From: Candidatus Latescibacterota bacterium
GTDB taxonomy: Bacteria; Latescibacterota; CBDEFO01
DNA: 64,000 nucleotides
Assembly: GCA_965237525.1 (NCBI GenBank)
Contig: CBDEFO010000008.1
Span: 448,001-512,000 of the forward strand
Direction of reading: 5' to 3'
The translations under genes were made by a program, and so were the position numbers. Positions 63,269 to 64,000 of this stretch are shown one piece after another; position 1 is the stretch's first letter; each line of letters begins with the position of its first letter. The notes beneath the pieces were generated by a model that did no database searches, was not told where the DNA came from, and worked only from the letters and a program-made list of their open reading frames with translations.

Positions 63269-64000
63269 CTAATGAGAGTTAGTAACTTCTTTAAGAGCGT
63301 AACTCAGCCTAGCGAACTCCTGAAGATTTAGGCTCTCCGGTCGTCTTTTTAAATCTATCTGTGAAATCTGAGATACCTTCAATAGTTTATCTTCTGACAG
63401 TCTTTTGCAGGATACTGGGATAGAATTCTTCAGCATCTTTCTCCTCTGTCCGAACGTTTTTCTCACCACATCCCAAAAGAATTCCTCATCTTGTACATCC
63501 ACCGCCTGACTACCTAAAAACTCCAATCTGACCACACTGGAATCTACCTTAGGTCTTGGCCTGAACGATCCCTTGCTCACATTGAAAAGCAACTTGGGTA
63601 AGGTCCACATTCTCACAGCTACTGATAGTATTCCGTAGGCCTTATCCCCGACAGGCGCTATCATGCGTCTGGCCACTTCCTTCTGAACCATTAGAACCGC
63701 CGTCTTAACAAGATTTCGATTCTCTATCAACTTGAAGAGCAGGGGGCTTGTGATATTATAGGGCAGATTCCCGACTACAACTGCCCCCTTGCAGCCGAAG
63801 CGCGTCAATACCTCATGTAGATCTAGAGTCAAAATATCCGTCTCTAGAAGCGCAAAACTTTCTCTGTCTGCGAACGTCTTCTTCAACTGATCGCACAAGG
63901 ATCCATCTACCTCCACACCCACCACGATACCACCCTTTTCCACCAGAAACCCTGTCAGCGCTCCTTTCCCAGGTCCCACCTCTATCACCAGATCATCTGA
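63269..64000 (-). CDS. rsmA: 16S rRNA dimethyladenosine transferase (5' end beyond the window)
   Basis: EVGPGKG, GNLPYNIT, MVQKEVA, F.PRPKVDS, QRRKML and RRPE motifs. Confidence 0.95.
   Translation of the reverse strand, partial: SDDLVIEVGPGKGALTGFLVEKGGIVVGVEVDGSLCDQLKKTFADRESFALLETDILTLDLHEVLTRFGCKGAVVVGNLPYNITSPLLFKLIENRNLVKTAVLMVQKEVARRMIAPVGDKAYGILSVAVRMWTLPKLLFNVSKGSFRPRPKVDSSVVRLEFLGSQAVDVQDEEFFWDVVRKTFGQRRKMLKNSIPVSCKRLSEDKLLKVSQISQIDLKRRPESLNLQEFARLSYALKEVTNSH

Overview
Bacterial chromosomal segment (about 48% GC by eye) spanning the replication-origin region. The organism is probably a diderm FCB-group candidate phylum such as Latescibacterota; this is inferred from gene content and a C-terminal TAV..SWGxxK motif. 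Core blocks are the dcw head (mraZ-rsmH-ftsL-ftsI-murE), tRNA-Gly and tRNA-Cys, ctpA-tmk, ino1 plus a CDP-alcohol phosphatidyltransferase, rsmI, rpmH-rnpA-yidD-yidC-mnmE-mnmG-rsmG with parS sites, dnaA (no dnaN), a biotin carboxylase/carrier pair, obgE, modAB, trkH, glyQS, recO, his/pro/aro genes, ilvE, recJ and rsmA. Accessory features: (i) a decayed prkA-yeaH-spoVR operon whose prkA 5' part is replaced by a GC-rich segment bounded by two identical 43-bp repeats, which supply a stop codon, a hairpin and an RBS and end in prkA-like sequence; (ii) a GyrA-like helical insert in CtpA; (iii) two DnaA-box clusters about 10 kb apart; (iv) an IS1182-like element 8 bp upstream of dnaA; (v) a flavoprotein/GT2/radical SAM/metallophosphoesterase cluster; (vi) a DDE IS inserted into an (AGTAGAC)n heptamer tract at the 5' end of a beta-barrel gene; (vii) several pseudogenes. 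No CRISPR array or rRNA was seen. All family calls come from motif recognition, not database searches.
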